A DNA stretch of 64,000 nucleotides from Trueperaceae bacterium (lineage in GTDB: Bacteria; Deinococcota; Deinococci; Deinococcales; Trueperaceae). The stretch covers positions 4,352,001 to 4,416,000 of the forward strand of contig OZ243927.1 in NCBI GenBank assembly GCA_965213925.1, read 5' to 3'. How positions within the stretch are numbered: the stretch's first letter is position 1; each line of letters starts with the position of its first letter. The notes under the pieces are model-generated. The model saw only the letters and a list, made by a program, of their open reading frames with translations, was not told the DNA's origin and did no database searches. Both the position numbers and the translations under genes were made by a program. Positions 28,959 to 38,516 of this stretch are shown here, piece by piece.

Positions 28959-30563
28959 TCACCAGAAATACACCACCGTCGCAGCCATCAGCACGAAGAG
29001 CGCCGCGGACTGGTAGCGAAAGTCGCGGTACCAGGGCACGCCCTGACCCTTGATGTCCTCCCGGTAGTTCTCCCGCGTAAAGGTGTACTCGCGAATCTTT
29101 TCGGGGTCGGGTGCTTCGGTGGCGTAGCTGATGACCGTCATCAGGACGAAAGCGAAGATGAACATCAGGACCGCCATGTAGGTAAAGTGGATGTTCGGCA
29201 GACCGATATTTGTCCAGACGTTCGTGACCTCTTTCATGATAAAGAGGGGAATGCCGACGACGAGACCCGAAAGGATCGTCCAGAACGCGCCGTTCGCGTT
29301 GATACGCTTCCAGAAAAGCCCGATGATGTAGACGGCGACGATAGCCGGGATGATGTAAGAGAGCACCGACTGAAAGTACTGAAAGAGCGTCTCGAAGCTG
29401 GCGATCGCGGGCGCGTAGATTGCGCCGATCACCATGACCACACCCGTGATGATGCGCCCGAGCCGCACGAGCATGCTCTGCGAGGTGTCGGGGCGGAGTT
29501 CTTTGATGAAGTCCAAGGTGATGAGCGACGAGGCGGCGTTCAGCGCGGAGTCTAGACTCGACATAATAGCGGCGATGAGCGCCGACATCACGAGCCCGCG
29601 CAGACCGATAGGCAAGAGGTCAAACGCAAGCGTCGGGAAGACCAAGTCAGGGTTGGATAGCTCAGGGTATAAGAGAAGCGCCATAACGCCTGGTAAGATC
29701 ATGATGAAGAGGTTAGGGAGTTTGAGGAGCCCGGCGAAGAGCGCCCCCTTGCGCCCTTCATCCAAATTGCTCGCCCCCAAGGTGCGCTGCACGATGAACT
29801 GATTTAAGGTCCAGTAGTAAAAGCCGAGCAAGATCACGCCCAAAATGCCGGGCCAGGGCAGGAAGTCGTCACCTACAGGTCTGATAAGGCTGAGCTGACC
29901 GGGCGCGAGCTGGCTCGTCATCGCGCCCCAACCGCCCACCTGGTTTAAGCCGATGATAAAGATCGCCGTCGCCCCTACGATGAGCAAAATCGCTTGTACC
30001 GTGTCGGTCACAACGACGGCGGAGAGCCCACCCAAAATCGTATAGATACCCGCGACAAAGGCTAAAACCGCCACCGCCTGCCACAGAGCGAAGTTCGAAA
30101 AGACGGTGGTGATAACCAACCCGCCCGCGTAGAGCGCCCCCGCCGTGTCGATAAACATGATCGCCAAAACCGTAAAGGCGGAGTAGGCGTAGCGCGAGCG
30201 CTTGTCGAAGCGGGTCTCTAAATATTCGGGAATCGTAAAGAGGTTCGCCCGCAAAAAGTAGGGCAGCATAAAGAAGGCGAAGAAGATAAGGACCAACGCG
30301 GCGGTCCACTCGTAGTTGAAGATGACGAGACCGTTGTCGTACGCGCCGCCCATCAGCCCAACAAACGACGAGCCCGACATGTTCGAGGCGAAGAGCGAGA
30401 AGCCGATGAGGTACCAGGGCAACCCGCGCCCCGCTAAAAAGTACCCTTCAGCGTCCTCATTTCCTTTGCGGCTCATGTAGACGCCGTGCGCGATGACGCC
30501 CACGAAGTAGAGCACGATGATAACGATATCGATCGTAGCTAAATCAAACTGCGGTTGGTCCAT
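28959..30563 (-). CDS. sodium:solute symporter (SSS/SLC5 family, probably sugar)
   Basis: YFLAGR, SLFASN, TDTVQA, NQFIVQRTL, AAIMSSLDS. Confidence 0.93.
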   Translation of the reverse strand: MDQPQFDLATIDIVIIVLYFVGVIAHGVYMSRKGNEDAEGYFLAGRGLPWYLIGFSLFASNMSGSSFVGLMGGAYDNGLVIFNYEWTAALVLIFFAFFMLPYFLRANLFTIPEYLETRFDKRSRYAYSAFTVLAIMFIDTAGALYAGGLVITTVFSNFALWQAVAVLAFVAGIYTILGGLSAVVVTDTVQAILLIVGATAIFIIGLNQVGGWGAMTSQLAPGQLSLIRPVGDDFLPWPGILGVILLGFYYWTLNQFIVQRTLGASNLDEGRKGALFAGLLKLPNLFIMILPGVMALLLYPELSNPDLVFPTLAFDLLPIGLRGLVMSALIAAIMSSLDSALNAASSLITLDFIKELRPDTSQSMLVRLGRIITGVVMVIGAIYAPAIASFETLFQYFQSVLSYIIPAIVAVYIIGLFWKRINANGAFWTILSGLVVGIPLFIMKEVTNVWTNIGLPNIHFTYMAVLMFIFAFVLMTVISYATEAPDPEKIREYTFTRENYREDIKGQGVPWYRDFRYQSAALFVLMAATVVYFW

Positions 30564-30783
30564 AGCTATCCCCCCTAATTGTGTAGTTCCTTTATCGAGG
30601 CTACCCTACACGACGTCCCACTTTTCAAACCGTATGAGAAACCCATATTGCTGAGACATCCTCCGACTCGAGGACAAGACCGCGCGTCAAGTAGAACTTA
30701 GACCCCAAGTCGGAAAGTTTGAAGCCGCCGCCTCACTAAAGCTCAGCCGATCACGAGAAAACGCGCCCGACCTCTTTTTCTGC

Positions 30784-30888
30784 TATACTCGCCCCTATGC
30801 ACTGGACGAATGATGCAACTTCACCCTGGTCACGGATAAGTCCACACTTAACCGTCACAGGGCGCTTTGCGAAGAGCGTCCTTTTTTT
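30784..30888 (+). promoter_or_regulatory. metG leader: -10 box, mini-ORF MMQLHPGHG, alternative antiterminator/terminator hairpins
   Basis: TATACT 30784-30789; ORF 30810-30839; terminator GGGCGCTTT-GCGA-AGAGCGTCC-T7 at 30860-30888. Confidence 0.6.
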
Positions 30889-30925
30889 ATGTTCTAAATT
30901 TTATGTTCTACATATGGAGGTCAAC

Positions 30926-32860
30926 ATGGACACCGCAGAAGAGAAGAAAAGCGCCGCCGACACGCCCACAAAAACCACCTACTACGCCACCACGCCCATC
31001 TTCTACGTCAACGCGGAGCCCCACATCGGGCACGCCTACACCACCACACTCGTGGACGTGGTGACGCGCTTTCACCGCCTCAAAGGGGACGACACCTACT
31101 TCTTGACGGGCACCGACGAGCACGGCGAGAAGATTCAGAAAGCCGCCGAGACCGCCAACCTCTCGCCGCAGGCGTACACGGACCAGATCGCGGGTCAATT
31201 CCGCGCGGTTTGGGACAGCTTGGACATCCGCTACGACGAATTCATCCGCACCACCGAGGAGCGTCACCAAAAAGTCGTCCGTGAAATTTTGCAGCGCGTG
31301 TACGACAAGGGCGACATCATCTTCGGCGAGTACGGCGGACTCTACTGCACGGGCTGCGAGCGCTACTACACCGAAAAGGAACTCGTAGACGGCAGGTGCC
31401 CACAGCATGACATCAGGCTCGAGTACCGCAGCGAAGAGAACTACTTCTTCCGCATGGAAAAGTATCGCCCTTGGCTCCGCGAAACCATCGAAGACAACCC
31501 CGTCTTCATCCGCCCCGAGCGCTACCGCAACGAGGTCTTGGGCATCCTGCGCGAGCCTATAGGCGACCTCTCGATCAGCCGCCCCCGCGCCCGCGTGCCG
31601 TGGGGCGTTCCGCTTCCTTGGGACGAGAACCACGTCACGTACGTCTGGTTCGACGCGCTCATCAACTACTTTTCCGCCCTGGAGAGCCGAGACCTGACAG
31701 AGCGGTACTGGCCGCACGCCCAACACTTCATCGCCAAAGACATCCTGAAACCGCACGGCGTCTTCTGGCCTACGATGCTCAAAGCGGCGGAGTTGCCTGT
31801 GTACCAGCACCTCAACGTGCACGGCTACTGGCTCGTAGACGGCGGCAAGATGAGCAAGTCGAAGGGGAACGTGGTGCGCCCCTTGGACCTCAAAGATACC
31901 TACGGCAACGACGCTTTTAGGTACTACCTCTTGCGTGACATGACCTTTGGGCTCGACGCGACCTTTAGCGAAGTCGGCTTGGCGGAGCGCATCAACTCGG
32001 ACTTAGCCAACGACCTCGGCAACCTCTTGAACCGCACGCTGGGGATGCTCGGGAAGTACCGTGGGGGCGTGATCGGTAAGCCGAGCGAGTTAGAGCCGTT
32101 TGACGTGGAGCTGCGCGACGCTTTCGCCGACTTGCCCCGAACCGTGAGCGACCTCTTTGACGCGCTCCAATTCGAGCGGGCGATCGAAAAAGTTTTAGAA
32201 GCGGTGCGCAAGGCGAACAAGTATATCGCCGACACGCAGCCCTGGGTTTTAGCGAGAAACGAGGCGCACGCGGCGCGTTTGGACACGGTTCTATACAACT
32301 GCGCGGAATCCTTGCGGTGCGCGTCCATCTTACTCGAGCCCATCATCCCCCAGAAGTCCCTTGAACTCCGCGAACAGCTCGGTCTCACGGGTGCGGTCAC
32401 ACTGCAAGACGCCGGTCAGTGGAACCTCACGCCGGAAAACACCCAGACGAAGCCCGGCCAGCCGCTCTTTCCGCGCATCGATATGGCGGCGTTACAAGAC
32501 GCCTTGGAGCCGAAAGAGGACGCCCTGGAGCACAAACCCGAGGTGACGATCGACGACTTCGGCAAGCTCGAGTTCCGCGTCGCTGAAGTCACCAAGGTAG
32601 AGCCGCACCCGAAAGCCGACAAGCTCTTGGTTCTATCTGTCAAGCTCGGACCCGAGGAGCGCACCATCGTCTCGGGCATCAAGCAGTTTTATAAGCCGGA
32701 GGAGCTAGTCGGTAAAAAGGTCGTGATTATCGCTAACCTCAAGCCCGTCAAGCTGCGCGGAATCGAGTCGCAGGGGATGATCTTGGCGGCGGAGGACGCC
32801 GAAACATTAAGTGTAACGACGCTGGATAGGGACATCTCGAGCGGGGCGGAGGTGCGCTAA
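30926..32860 (+). CDS. metG: methionine--tRNA ligase with C-terminal tRNA-binding domain
   Basis: HIGH, KMSKS, GTDEHG; GGAGG RBS before ATG 30926. Confidence 0.97.
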   Translation: MDTAEEKKSAADTPTKTTYYATTPIFYVNAEPHIGHAYTTTLVDVVTRFHRLKGDDTYFLTGTDEHGEKIQKAAETANLSPQAYTDQIAGQFRAVWDSLDIRYDEFIRTTEERHQKVVREILQRVYDKGDIIFGEYGGLYCTGCERYYTEKELVDGRCPQHDIRLEYRSEENYFFRMEKYRPWLRETIEDNPVFIRPERYRNEVLGILREPIGDLSISRPRARVPWGVPLPWDENHVTYVWFDALINYFSALESRDLTERYWPHAQHFIAKDILKPHGVFWPTMLKAAELPVYQHLNVHGYWLVDGGKMSKSKGNVVRPLDLKDTYGNDAFRYYLLRDMTFGLDATFSEVGLAERINSDLANDLGNLLNRTLGMLGKYRGGVIGKPSELEPFDVELRDAFADLPRTVSDLFDALQFERAIEKVLEAVRKANKYIADTQPWVLARNEAHAARLDTVLYNCAESLRCASILLEPIIPQKSLELREQLGLTGAVTLQDAGQWNLTPENTQTKPGQPLFPRIDMAALQDALEPKEDALEHKPEVTIDDFGKLEFRVAEVTKVEPHPKADKLLVLSVKLGPEERTIVSGIKQFYKPEELVGKKVVIIANLKPVKLRGIESQGMILAAEDAETLSVTTLDRDISSGAEVR

Positions 32861-32955
32861 ACGTAGTGAGCGGTGAGGTTTAGCAGTGCGTTTTGAAGTA
32901 CTCGCAAACCTCGCCGCTCAGCGTCTGTAGGTGGGGGAGATTCGGTGAAAAGTCG

Positions 32956-33351
32956 CTAAGGTGTACCCTTCAGAATGTTGACCGCTAGAGGTGCGACTTT
33001 CGCCAAACGGTCGTCATTAGTCCAAACTTGCGAGCAGCCGTAGGTTTCAGCTACAGAGAGGTGTAACGCATCCGGCGTTTTAAGACCGAACTGCGCCCGC
33101 TTCTCAGCCGCTTTTCGAAACACAGCTTCGTCTAAGTCTAAAGATGTTGTAGCAGCAAAAAACTGCTCAAAACGCTTCTCCAACATGGTGTCGCCGCGTT
33201 TGAGCGGTCCGACTGTACTCTCGAGTATGACCAGCGGTGAGATTGCAAAACCTTCGCGAGCATTTTGCCGAAACTGTTTCTCAATAGAGCTATAGAAGGT
33301 GGGGTGCTTCTCGACTAGATAGATAACGATACAACTATCGAGATAGATCAT
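32956..33351 (-). CDS. vapC: VapC PIN-domain toxin
   Basis: YLDSC, LKTPDALHL, WTNDDRL. Confidence 0.9.
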   Translation of the reverse strand: MIYLDSCIVIYLVEKHPTFYSSIEKQFRQNAREGFAISPLVILESTVGPLKRGDTMLEKRFEQFFAATTSLDLDEAVFRKAAEKRAQFGLKTPDALHLSVAETYGCSQVWTNDDRLAKVAPLAVNILKGTP

Positions 33352-33578
33352 TCATCCCAAGCGTTGCGCTCAGCTTGGATGTCTGCCTCAATTTCGTCAG
33401 GGCTGCGCGGTGAAAAGGGAATGGAGGCTAGGTGGTCGAGGAAGGTGAGCAGTGAAGTCTGAGGGCGGGTATCCTCTTCAAGAATCGTGACGAGAGCCTG
33501 CCTTGTATCGTTGAGAGTAACGGGCTCGAGCAGTTCCACCTTACCCTCTTTGTCAATTGTGGCTCTGAGCGTACGCAT
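33348..33578 (-). CDS. putative antitoxin for the adjacent VapC
   Basis: Upstream of vapC with 4-nt overlap; ends IQAERNAWDE; TAAACT-N5-ATG start. Confidence 0.8.
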   Translation of the reverse strand: MRTLRATIDKEGKVELLEPVTLNDTRQALVTILEEDTRPQTSLLTFLDHLASIPFSPRSPDEIEADIQAERNAWDE

Positions 33579-33674
33579 AGAATAGTTTAGCATCTGCTTT
33601 GTGGAGGAGGCTCGAGCCTAAATATCAGAAAAGGCTCGAATATCACGCCTAACGTGACCTGCTAAACTAACCTT

Positions 33675-33983
33675 ATGACGACACAAAAGCGACAATTCAT
33701 CACGGATGAGGCAGGTAAGCCCGTCGCAGTGATTCTGTCTTTAGAAGATTACGCCCGTGTTCGGAGTATTCTCGAGCCCGAGCAGAGCGAAGAGGACAAG
33801 CTAGCCCTCTTGCAAGAAGCGGCGAACGACGAGGCTTTCTTAGCTGATCTTTGGCAAGTTTTAGATGATGAGGCACTTTTAAGCCGTAGTGCAGATGACT
33901 TGCGAGCTGAGCTAAATAACCTCGAGCAAGATGTCGCTCAGTCTGACTTAGATGAATGGTTAGCCGCATTTGATAACGCATGA
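33675..33983 (+). CDS. putative antitoxin (acidic; GKPVAVIL motif)
   Basis: QFITDEAGKPVAVILSLEDY; ATGA overlap with the toxin. Confidence 0.75.
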   Translation: MTTQKRQFITDEAGKPVAVILSLEDYARVRSILEPEQSEEDKLALLQEAANDEAFLADLWQVLDDEALLSRSADDLRAELNNLEQDVAQSDLDEWLAAFDNA

Positions 33984-34327
33984 CTTACGAGCGGGGCGAT
34001 ATTGTTCTCGTTGACCTCGAGCCTACTATTGGTAGTGAACAAGGGTTTAAGCGCCCTTGTATTGTTATCTCAAACCTAGAGGTTATTACTGCGTCACGCT
34101 CGAGACCCCTCTACGTTATCATCCCTCTTACCCGCTCCGAAAAGCTTGTTGGACTACTTGCGCCGCGCCTTAGAGCGAGAGAAGGCGGTCTTCCCGCTGA
34201 TTCTACGGCACTAGTTATGCATGTGAGGAGCATTGACCCGAAACGAATTGTTCGCAAAGTAGGGACGCTCGATTCGGACGAGTTAGGTATAATTCAAGAG
34301 GGTTTGCGGGAGCTTTTGCAGATGTAA
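33980..34327 (+). CDS. PemK/MazF family endoribonuclease toxin
   Basis: RGDIVLVDLEPTIGSEQGFKRPCIVIS. Confidence 0.92.
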   Translation: MTYERGDIVLVDLEPTIGSEQGFKRPCIVISNLEVITASRSRPLYVIIPLTRSEKLVGLLAPRLRAREGGLPADSTALVMHVRSIDPKRIVRKVGTLDSDELGIIQEGLRELLQM

Positions 34328-34383
34328 GGCTCGAGCAGTTCCACCTTGTCCTCCTCATCAATTGTGGCTTTGAGCGTACGCAT
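34328..34383 (-). pseudogene. 5' fragment of a second copy of the 33348..33578 antitoxin, truncated at GCTCGAGC
   Basis: 50/56 nt identical to 33523-33578; encodes MRTLKATIDEEDKVELLEP then stop. Confidence 0.8.
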
Positions 34384-34406
34384 ATCCGCCAGAGCTAGAA
34401 ACACCT

Positions 34407-34703
34407 TTAATTCACCCGCCGTACCGTGTCAAGCACCGCGTCAGGGTGTTTAGCCGCTACCTCCAGGAGCATCCTCGCAGGTCCTCTAGGTTTGCGCCGC
34501 CCCTGTTCCCAACCCTCGAGCGTACGCTCGCTGATGCCGAGCAAGGCCGCAAACTTACTGCGAGACATGCTGAAACTCTCGCGGATAGCGCGAACGTCAA
34601 TGTCTGCCACTCGAGAAACCCGTGCAGCTTCGGCTTCGCCGCGCAAGATGCGCCCGCCCTCGCGCACGCTCTCTAAAAGTTCATCAAAAAGTTCGTCGTT
34701 CAT
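34407..34703 (-). CDS. HigA/NadS-like XRE-HTH antitoxin
   Basis: MNDELFDELLESVREGG...FAALLGISERTLEGWEQGRRKPRGPA. Confidence 0.9.
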   Translation of the reverse strand: MNDELFDELLESVREGGRILRGEAEAARVSRVADIDVRAIRESFSMSRSKFAALLGISERTLEGWEQGRRKPRGPARMLLEVAAKHPDAVLDTVRRVN

Positions 34704-34797
34704 AAGTAGTCCTTTACAATCTGCATGAGCGCCTTGCGCTGCTTTGGGGTGAGGTCGTCTTGTACGTTCTTCGGATAAGCGTAGAGCATGAGCAGCG
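34700..34797 (-). pseudogene. C-terminal remnant of a RelE/HigB toxin
   Basis: Reads LLMLYAYPKNVQDDLTPKQRKALMQIVKDYL* with ATGA overlap onto the antitoxin; 5' part missing. Confidence 0.8.
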
Positions 34798-34850
34798 AAT
34801 TTCTCAGTCTGTTTATGTTAGTAAAAGACACGCTATGCTAAATTGAACCT

Positions 34851-35072
34851 ATGGCTCACCTTACATTACATTTGCCGCATGAACTCAGCGAAAAGCTCAA
34901 ACACGCGGCCATGCAAGAGGACAAGGAACCTGAGAGGTTTGTGCTTGACGCGCTCGAGCGTCTGCTGGAAGAACCTTCGCTCGAGTTTATCGGGGCGTGG
35001 GAAGGTTCTAGCATAAAGCCCGAGGATGTCCTCGCCGCGCGAACATCGGGACGAGACATCGCCCTCGATTAG
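34851..35072 (+). CDS. RHH-like VapB antitoxin
   Basis: LTLHLPHELSEKLKHAA; directly upstream of vapC. Confidence 0.8.
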   Translation: MAHLTLHLPHELSEKLKHAAMQEDKEPERFVLDALERLLEEPSLEFIGAWEGSSIKPEDVLAARTSGRDIALD

Positions 35073-35468
35073 ATGTACCTGCTCGACAGCGACACGCTCA
35101 TCTTTCTGCTCCGCAATCACCAAGCTGTCGTCGCACGTTTTCAGCGAGAGAAGAAGCAGGACCTACGTACTAGCATCATCTGTATCTCCGAGTTGCACTA
35201 CGGCGCTTACAAGTCGGGCGACGTGCAAAAGCACTTGTCACCCGTTCAGCAGTTGGCGCGTTACCTCTCCGTTCTTCCGCTCGACATAGCAGGTGCTGAC
35301 CAGTTCGGGCGTCTCAAAGCGCAGCTCGAGCGTCAAGGACAGCGCCTGAACGACGCAGACTTGTGGATTGCGGCGACGGCGCTTAGCCACAACTTTACGT
35401 TGGTGACGCATAACCAGAAACACTTTGCCCGCGTTCAAGGGTTGAAGTTGGAGGATTGGGTGGGTTGA
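35073..35468 (+). CDS. vapC: VapC PIN-domain toxin
   Basis: YLLDSD, SELHYGA, DLWIAATAL, LVTHNQKHF. Confidence 0.93.
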   Translation: MYLLDSDTLIFLLRNHQAVVARFQREKKQDLRTSIICISELHYGAYKSGDVQKHLSPVQQLARYLSVLPLDIAGADQFGRLKAQLERQGQRLNDADLWIAATALSHNFTLVTHNQKHFARVQGLKLEDWVG

Positions 35469-36990
35469 GGCTCGAGGTCAGTTTCCTAAGTGAGTTTACC
35501 AGCCATGTTTAGAATTACGAGAATGCTAAAGCTCATCCGAACTGTTTAACATTGAAAGAATAAGTGGACGACTATAGATGTTCACTGCCAAATACCACAG
35601 ATAAATACTCTGAGCATCAAAGAATTGCCCATCGAATAGAAGACCGTGAGCTAAGTTGTTGCGGAAGTTGGCTCCAAATCTATCTACTAATAATCCTCTG
35701 AGGTCGTAGGAGGTATCTTTTCCAAGAACTTGTGAGATAGCAGAAAAGAACTCTTTCTCTTCCAACATCTTATTGAGGCTTATCTCATCCTGCACCCCTT
35801 TATCTGTATATTTCGAGGTAATTTCTCCCTGATAAAGAAGTATGTGACGAAGCGTTGCTTCTAGTTGAGGAACTAAGAGGTGTGAAGCCGTTAAAAAATC
35901 GCCCTGTAGACCTGCTACTATTCCCTTCAACACAGCGTACTCGTGTGCTTGAGGGATAAAGGGATTGCTGTTTGCGATGGGCGCTAGGTCCTGCAAAGTA
36001 AATATATGCGTATGTAATATTTCTTGTCGAGCAGGCTCTATAGCTATGCTGACAATTCCTTGACGGTGAATATTTTGAGACTGAAATACGTCAGCTAACA
36101 ATGTCTCATCTTGACTTCGCGGCGGGTTAGCGATGGTTCGCCCAAAACCATCGACAATTCTTGTAGGAAAGAGCTTCTTCAGTACGTATCGTTCTTCAGC
36201 AGCTTTGGCGCTTTCAACTAACATGTCAAAAGATAGGGGAGGTTGTAATCGAGCAAATTTTAGAAAAGAAGAAAGGAAATCTTGCGCTGTAACGGCTTCA
36301 ATAGCTCTGTGTCGCATCTTTTCTACTTCCGGGTTATCTTTGAGCGAAACTGAAGTAGAAACCATCTGCTCTTTGGCTTCTTTCTGTACTTTTAAGAGTT
36401 GCCTGTGTAACTCGCCTACCCTCTCCTGAGTATCAGAAATTGACCGATAGATGTGTATTGCTTTTTCCAACTGATACGTAACTTGAAACCGCACCAGGTT
36501 AGGGTTCTTCAAGCTTAAATTAGCTGCTTTTACCCACGTCTCAGCACTGTTGATAATAGCTTGTCTCGCGCTGTCTTCGTCTCCAAGCTTTTGGTAACAT
36601 CTTTCTGCTAACTTCCAATGCTCTTCTGCCCTAGACCAACTAGGTTCTGAGCTTCCCTCTTCGTTTTTAGCAAGCTTTTCTGCTAATTGGGCGAACTGGT
36701 TTATGTCACCGTAGTCGTTGTCAATCAGAAGGTGAATGAGTCGGTTGGAATAGAAAAGGGAATCTTGACCATCCTTTCGTGTGACGCACTTTTCAATGTA
36801 TTCGAGGATGTTACTGATCTCAGGCTTCTTCCTCAAGCTTTTCGCTAAATTTAGTGCGCGAGTCAACGCATAAACAGGTTCGACCCATCTTTCTGAACTA
36901 TCAGTGCGTTTAGCGTAATCTTGATACGCTAATATAGCAACTTCTGCACTTTGGTAGTCCTTCTTGAATTTCCATAAGACATCACCAATC

Positions 36991-37873
36991 ACCCCAATTC
37001 GGAAAAGGGAAATTCAAAGCTCAAATGCCCCTAAACGGCTGAGTTGGTAAGCGAGCAAGGTGGTGTAAACGTGCAGGATGCAGCCCACCGTCGAGCGGTA
37101 GGGTCTGTCAGAGAGTCCAAGTCTATCCAAGGACGAGAAGACCGACTCAACGATGCGGTGTCCTTGGTAAAGCCTCTGCTCACGCTTGGGCGGGGGTAGC
37201 TGGTTGCTGCGGCGCGGGGTTATAAGGTCAACCGCTTGGGAGGCAACGTCGGCTTTAAGCTCGGAGCTGATATAGCCTTTATCGGCGGTTACAATGGCGT
37301 AAGTGAGTTTGTCTAGTAGGCGAGGCGCGACCTTAACATCATGTTCGTTCGCGCCTCGCAGCAGTACCTCACAGAGTCTGCCTGTATCGTCCACACGCGC
37401 ATGAAGCCGAAAGCCATAGAAGGTGGTGTTATGGACGTGGTCACGCCCATAACTGCCCGCAAGCTTGGTCCTTTTAGCACGGGCAAAATCTACTACTTCT
37501 AGTTTCTTCGAGTCGAGGTGCTGTTTCGTCGTGTTATGCCCGGTGCAAAGCTGTTTAACCGCGAGAATAATCTGTCCTATCAGGAGGCGCTTACGCTCAC
37601 AAAACGTTGAGGGTACAGGTACGTCCACGCCGAACGATGCAGCAACTTCAAGCATCTTCCGGCTATAGCGAAAACTCGACAGCTTCTGATAGACCGCTAA
37701 GGCGATGATGAACGAGTCTGGAAAAACAGGAGCACGTCCTTGAGGGGCTTTTCTACGCTTCTTGAGGGGTAAACGTTCGACGGCTTGTATAATCTCTTCG
37801 AGGGTTGGGATTTTGCGCATACATCATTGCAACCCTCACTTCTCCCGCTGTCAAATCTTTTCCGAATTGGCGT
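36991..37873 (-). mobile_element. IS982-family insertion sequence (883 bp)
   Basis: 17-bp TIRs ACCCCAATTCGGAAAAG / ACGCCAATTCGGAAAAG; 5-bp target duplication CAATC (36986-36990, 37874-37878). Confidence 0.88.
37014..37820 (-). CDS. DDE transposase (IS982-like)
   Basis: LDSKKL, FYGFRLH, ANEHD, ADKGYIS, RIVESVFS. Confidence 0.9.
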   Translation of the reverse strand: MRKIPTLEEIIQAVERLPLKKRRKAPQGRAPVFPDSFIIALAVYQKLSSFRYSRKMLEVAASFGVDVPVPSTFCERKRLLIGQIILAVKQLCTGHNTTKQHLDSKKLEVVDFARAKRTKLAGSYGRDHVHNTTFYGFRLHARVDDTGRLCEVLLRGANEHDVKVAPRLLDKLTYAIVTADKGYISSELKADVASQAVDLITPRRSNQLPPPKREQRLYQGHRIVESVFSSLDRLGLSDRPYRSTVGCILHVYTTLLAYQLSRLGAFEL

Positions 37874-38302
37874 CAATCCTACTCTTCAAAGCAGCATTAC
37901 TGATATTCCCAAGAATACTCTTTAGTATCTCTGCGTCAGTATCTGCTAGCTGTCCACTGTTAAATAATCGGCTGCTTAACTGCTCAGGATTACCAAAAAC
38001 CTCCTTTTGATCAGGGTGAAATGGTAGAAGAACAACTACTGCTAGCAGATCAAATAGATGTGCAAACCGCAAATTCTTTTGTTTAATATATTCATTGTGC
38101 TTTTCAACAAGAGGGCTATAAAGTTTGCGCACATTGTTGTCGGGTAAAACTTCATCTAAATTTAGTTGTTGCAACTCTAAATCTGAAAACGAAAACTTGT
38201 TCATATATATAGCTATTTTACGCCTTCTTTCGCTTCTACACGAAGAATCCCGATGCCCTTCCTCAAAATTTGATAAGGGTTTGTAGTCGTATTCCATCGC
38301 CC

Positions 38303-38419
38303 TCAAACTACACTCATCCCCCCATCCACCCCTACAACCTGCCCCGTCATAAACCCCGACGCATCCGAGCCCAAAAGTACCGCCACCCCTTTCAGGTCCT
38401 CTGACCCACCCACATGACC
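38303..38419 (-). pseudogene. 3' remnant of an SDR oxidoreductase gene
   Basis: GHVGGSEDLKGVAVLLGSDASGFMTGQVVGVDGG matches the classical SDR C-terminus. Confidence 0.7.
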
Positions 38420-38516
38420 CTCACACATACCTCTCTAACCCCTCTTTCGTAAACTGACAGCTAGCGTTCCGCGTGCTCGAGCTTACCGGTCGGGAGAAGA
38501 TGCAGAGAGGGAGACC

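Larger units (their letters stand above)
35526..38204 (-). pseudogene. IS-interrupted DUF4209-like protein (helical repeats + C-terminal RxxxxH HEPN-like motif); 596 aa when the IS is removed
   Basis: Joining 38204-37874 to 36985-35526 gives in-frame ...KSRI-GDVLWKF...; FRNNLAHG motif; AT-rich. Confidence 0.8.

Noticed and set aside
30797..30925. T-box or SAM riboswitch upstream of metG
   Set aside because: Leader too short; no UGGNACC bulge, specifier stem or SAM-I core seen; reported as an unknown attenuator instead
32860..35526. Classical integron cassette array
   Set aside because: No tyrosine integrase or recognisable attC sites, and the modules face both directions
37851..38306. Independent 151-aa gene
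   Set aside because: It is the 5' part of the IS-split DUF4209-like gene; its last residues derive from the IS end
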